Shown: positions 61,358 to 64,000 of the stretch, one piece after another
Position numbering within the stretch: position 1 is the first letter of the stretch
How the letters are laid out: each line of letters starts with the position of its first letter
Assembly (NCBI GenBank): GCA_964498965.1
Contig: CAZCJU010000003.1
Location: 107-64,106 of the forward strand
Length of the DNA: 64,000 bases
Direction: 5' to 3'
From: an uncultured Lachnospiraceae bacterium
Lineage (GTDB): Bacteria > Bacillota > Clostridia > Oscillospirales > CAG-272
The notes under the pieces: generated by a model
What the model was told of the DNA's origin: nothing
What the model saw: the letters and a program-made list of their open reading frames with translations, nothing else
The model's database searches: none
Position numbers and translations under genes: made by a program

Positions 61358-61885
61358 ATGAAACAAGACGAACTTTTAAAGCTTGACGAATTGCTTGCCG
61401 AATGCGGAGAAAGCGTAGAAGCACTCGATTCACTCTACCGAATGACGTACACAAAGGTCTGTTCCGTATGTTATGCGGTGAGCAAGAACAAATGCGAGGC
61501 ACAAGACGACGCACATGACACGTATCTGCGGTTGATATCCGTGTATAAAAAATACAAAAGCGGAACAAATCCTTTGGCATTCGTACTTCGTGTTGCCGTA
61601 AACGTAACAAAGGAGAATCTGAAAAAGCGAAAAAGGCTCGTTTTGGTCGAAGAACCTGCCGCAGACAACGGTAACGACGATGCCGTCGATCAAGCGGAGA
61701 GCAGACTGTACACAGAGCAACTGCTCGCTCGGCTCGACGAAAATAAACGGCTTATAGTAATGCTTCACATTTATTCCGAACTTACGTTTAAGGAAATATC
61801 GACCGTTATGGGCATGAACGAAAGCAGCGTGTACTCTCAATACGAAAAGGCACTCGGCATATTGAAATATGAGGTGGAACAATGA
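61358..61885 (+). CDS. ECF-type RNA polymerase sigma factor (sigma-70 regions 2 and 4)
   Basis: DDAHDTYLRLISVYKKY (region 2) and LTFKEISTVMGMNESSVYSQYEKAL (region 4 HTH). Start ambiguous between 61328 and 61358; AAGGAG lies at 61341-61346. Confidence 0.75.
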   Translation: MKQDELLKLDELLAECGESVEALDSLYRMTYTKVCSVCYAVSKNKCEAQDDAHDTYLRLISVYKKYKSGTNPLAFVLRVAVNVTKENLKKRKRLVLVEEPAADNGNDDAVDQAESRLYTEQLLARLDENKRLIVMLHIYSELTFKEISTVMGMNESSVYSQYEKALGILKYEVEQ

Positions 61886-63462
61886 AAAACGAAGATTTCA
61901 GACTTGACAAAGAGCGAATCGACGACGAGATGAACGAGATGTTCGCATTTGACGAAGCCGTCATCGAAAAAACGACGCAGGACGCAATGAAAGAAAAAAT
62001 GCGTTCGGAAGCGAAGCGAAAGAATGCACGTGCAAGGAACAGACTGATAGTATCGACTGCGGCGGCTCTCGCCGTTGTGGTTACGTCGGTAACGCTTTTG
62101 CCGTCGTTGTTCGGCAACGATCCGGCCGGCGATGATAACGATGATAACAGAGTTCTCAACGCACCGGGTACGGGAATTTACGGGAACAAAAACGACATTG
62201 AAGCAGATCCCGACATTGAAGCAGATCTCGATGGGGGTATCTCTCAAGACACGGAAATAGCGATCGCTCCGTTCGATCCCTATGAAGTTTCCTCTGAATT
62301 CTCCGAATTTACGGAAAGAATGTATCGCATCGCATTGAAAAAGGATCAGGTGTTGATCGCAAGCAACGAGCTGAAATACGAAATATTTGACGGTGCGGAA
62401 GCGGATAAATTGCAAAAAATGCGTGAGGTGATGACGGCGAAGCTCGAGCGTGAGCTGATTTCAAGCACCGAAAAGGACGGAGGAAGCGACGAAATTTATT
62501 ATGTCGTACCGGAGGACGAGGTCGTGCCGGAGGACACTCCGTCGACGACGGCTGCCGTTGAGGAAGTTATCGACACCGTAGCTCTTGACTATTATTCGGA
62601 TTATACGTCAAAAGACAGGTCTGCGGAAGAAGCTGTCGATATCGGCGAAATGTATGTTATGAGCGAAGCCGCTTACGAAATAATACCGGATAACACAGTC
62701 GAGGAAACGACACACGTCACAAATAAAAATATGTTTTGTACGGACGATGCCGATCTCGTCATCATATATTCCGACGGTTGCAGTATTGCCGTTTGGCTGA
62801 TCATAGAATCGGACTCGGATCACAGTGCCGGATTGTATAGATATTTTGACTTTCGGAGGGGTGAAACCTATTCCCCGTCCATGAATTCGATTGACGAGCC
62901 GACGTTTATATATGAAACCGATTTTGACGGCGATACCGAGCTTTACGAAGAAATGTTCGATATGCCGAATAAGCTTAACAAAGAGATCGATACCGACACG
63001 CCGAACGACGACACGACGATACCGGACCGCGGCTATACTCTCTATGTAAACGGCGATCCCTATGATGAATATACTTCGGCAGACAGATGTAAAAATTTGT
63101 GTAAATTATATCCCGAGGATAATTATTTAAAAGAAATGTATCTCGCCTGCAACGGAATATTCTCGGAAGAAATATTCAAAATAGGCGTGGAATATGACGA
63201 GGATTTCGATTTCGATAAAGCCGAAGCAATAGATCTCGACGCTTCCTTTAATATCGTAAGCACACAGGCGTTCGAATTGGAATTCGATGCACCCGGCTAT
63301 GCGGCAACATATAATATTCCCGAAAAAACACCCGGTTGTTTGCGTGCATACTGCGTATACCTCAGCTTCGACGAAAACAAAGCGGACGACTATGAAGTAA
63401 TACAGGCGGTAATGATGTTTATAGACGGAAGCACCATATCGGAAATATTGACCGCAGAATAA
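61882..63462 (+). CDS. Single-pass membrane protein, putative anti-sigma factor with large acidic extracytoplasmic domain
   Basis: ATGA overlap with the sigma gene. About 55-aa cytoplasmic N-terminus, TM LIVSTAAALAVVVTSVTLLPSLF, then a 450-aa D/E-rich domain. No family recognised. Confidence 0.6.
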   Translation: MKNEDFRLDKERIDDEMNEMFAFDEAVIEKTTQDAMKEKMRSEAKRKNARARNRLIVSTAAALAVVVTSVTLLPSLFGNDPAGDDNDDNRVLNAPGTGIYGNKNDIEADPDIEADLDGGISQDTEIAIAPFDPYEVSSEFSEFTERMYRIALKKDQVLIASNELKYEIFDGAEADKLQKMREVMTAKLERELISSTEKDGGSDEIYYVVPEDEVVPEDTPSTTAAVEEVIDTVALDYYSDYTSKDRSAEEAVDIGEMYVMSEAAYEIIPDNTVEETTHVTNKNMFCTDDADLVIIYSDGCSIAVWLIIESDSDHSAGLYRYFDFRRGETYSPSMNSIDEPTFIYETDFDGDTELYEEMFDMPNKLNKEIDTDTPNDDTTIPDRGYTLYVNGDPYDEYTSADRCKNLCKLYPEDNYLKEMYLACNGIFSEEIFKIGVEYDEDFDFDKAEAIDLDASFNIVSTQAFELEFDAPGYAATYNIPEKTPGCLRAYCVYLSFDENKADDYEVIQAVMMFIDGSTISEILTAE

Positions 63463-63484
63463 AATAAACAAAAACGGAGAACAA

Positions 63485-64000
63485 ATGAAGCTGTATCTTT
63501 CCGTCGATTGCGGCGGAACAAAAACCGATTGTGTCCTTTTTGACGAAAAAGGAACGGTCTTTAAAGAAATAAGGGTGTACGGAGGAAGCAACCGCCGCAC
63601 ACTCCCTCCTCATGCCGTAGAAGAAAATATAATAAATTGCCTTAAAGAAGTCGAAAAAGCCGTAAACGGCGAAAAGATCGAGTGTGTGTACGGGTATTTT
63701 ATGCACAACGAAGAGCTTTTCGACAAATATTGCCGTGAAATACTCAAATGCGAAAGAACCGTACCGATAGAAGAGGGTACACTCGCACTGTACTGTGCCG
63801 ATATCGACAACAGCGGCGTAGTACTGCTGTCGGGTACGGGTGCGGACGCATTCGTCATAAAAAACGGCACGACCGTCGATATAATAGGCGGCTACGGTGC
63901 GTTTTTGGGCGACGACGGCTCAGGCTATCATATGGGCAGAGAAGGCATAAAAGCGGCGTGTGCGGCGTATGAAGGCAGAGGAGAAAAAACGGTATTGCTC
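63485..64000 (+). CDS. BadF/BadG/BcrA/BcrD-type ATPase (N-acetylglucosamine kinase-like), 3' end truncated by window edge
   Basis: Not in the ORF track because it has no stop in the window. ATG at 63485. My translation MKLYLSVDCGGTKTDCVLFDEKG...LLSGTGADAFV...GGYGAFLGDDGSGYHMG shows the ASKHA phosphate-1 and phosphate-2 motifs. Confidence 0.75.
   Translation, partial: MKLYLSVDCGGTKTDCVLFDEKGTVFKEIRVYGGSNRRTLPPHAVEENIINCLKEVEKAVNGEKIECVYGYFMHNEELFDKYCREILKCERTVPIEEGTLALYCADIDNSGVVLLSGTGADAFVIKNGTTVDIIGGYGAFLGDDGSGYHMGREGIKAACAAYEGRGEKTVLL

Overview
Densely coding chromosomal segment (about 57 CDS) from an endospore-forming Firmicute of class Clostridia. One secreted protein ends in a type-I dockerin, and intergenic hairpin repeats translate into PSPxGE/LTDEG junk peptides. 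Both suggest a Ruminococcus-like (Oscillospiraceae) host, but that is inference only. I recognise no rRNA, tRNA, CRISPR array, transposase, integrase, phage or classical defence genes. Gene order, left to right: YjdF-like and FliB-like genes; ytvI-like, tcdA, HD hydrolase and mnmE (minus strand); GH3, capD-like and vanZ; translationally coupled cysE-cysS-PBP2; spoVT; fba, acyl-ACP thioesterase and a LytM-domain protein; an orphan GerA/SpoVAF-type gene followed by a complete spoIIIAA-AH operon. Next comes a small accessory patch: a 2-TM protein, an RNHCP protein and two tandem PrsA-like lipoproteins. Then a five-gene GldA/F/G-like ABC cluster with a DUF4340-like gene and a second, orphan ATPase; proA; ilvE-rbfA-nrnA-mnmG-mutS (minus strand); YfhO-SGNH; dusB; trmL. 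A cell-surface patch follows: a dockerin/transglutaminase/LRR protein, a 54-aa Cys-rich membrane peptide, a sortase-type Cys-repeat adhesin and a PrsA-like PPIase. The window ends with lexA (two tandem SOS boxes) co-oriented with a tail-anchored F5/8-type-C protein and trkAH, an ECF sigma plus putative anti-sigma pair, and the start of a BadF-type ATPase. Most noteworthy to me: (1) a modular, hairpin-forming intergenic repeat family with six copies in 64 kb; (2) the Gld-like ABC cluster with two different ATPase classes and no FtsX-type permease; (3) the lexA / tail-anchored discoidin protein / trkAH arrangement; (4) a LytM protein near spoIIIA that keeps the Zn ligands but has lost both catalytic His; (5) a Cys-rich micro-protein behind a long structured leader. 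I found no convincing defence island or mobile element. Nothing here is proven novel, because I could run no searches. All family names come from motif recognition by eye.
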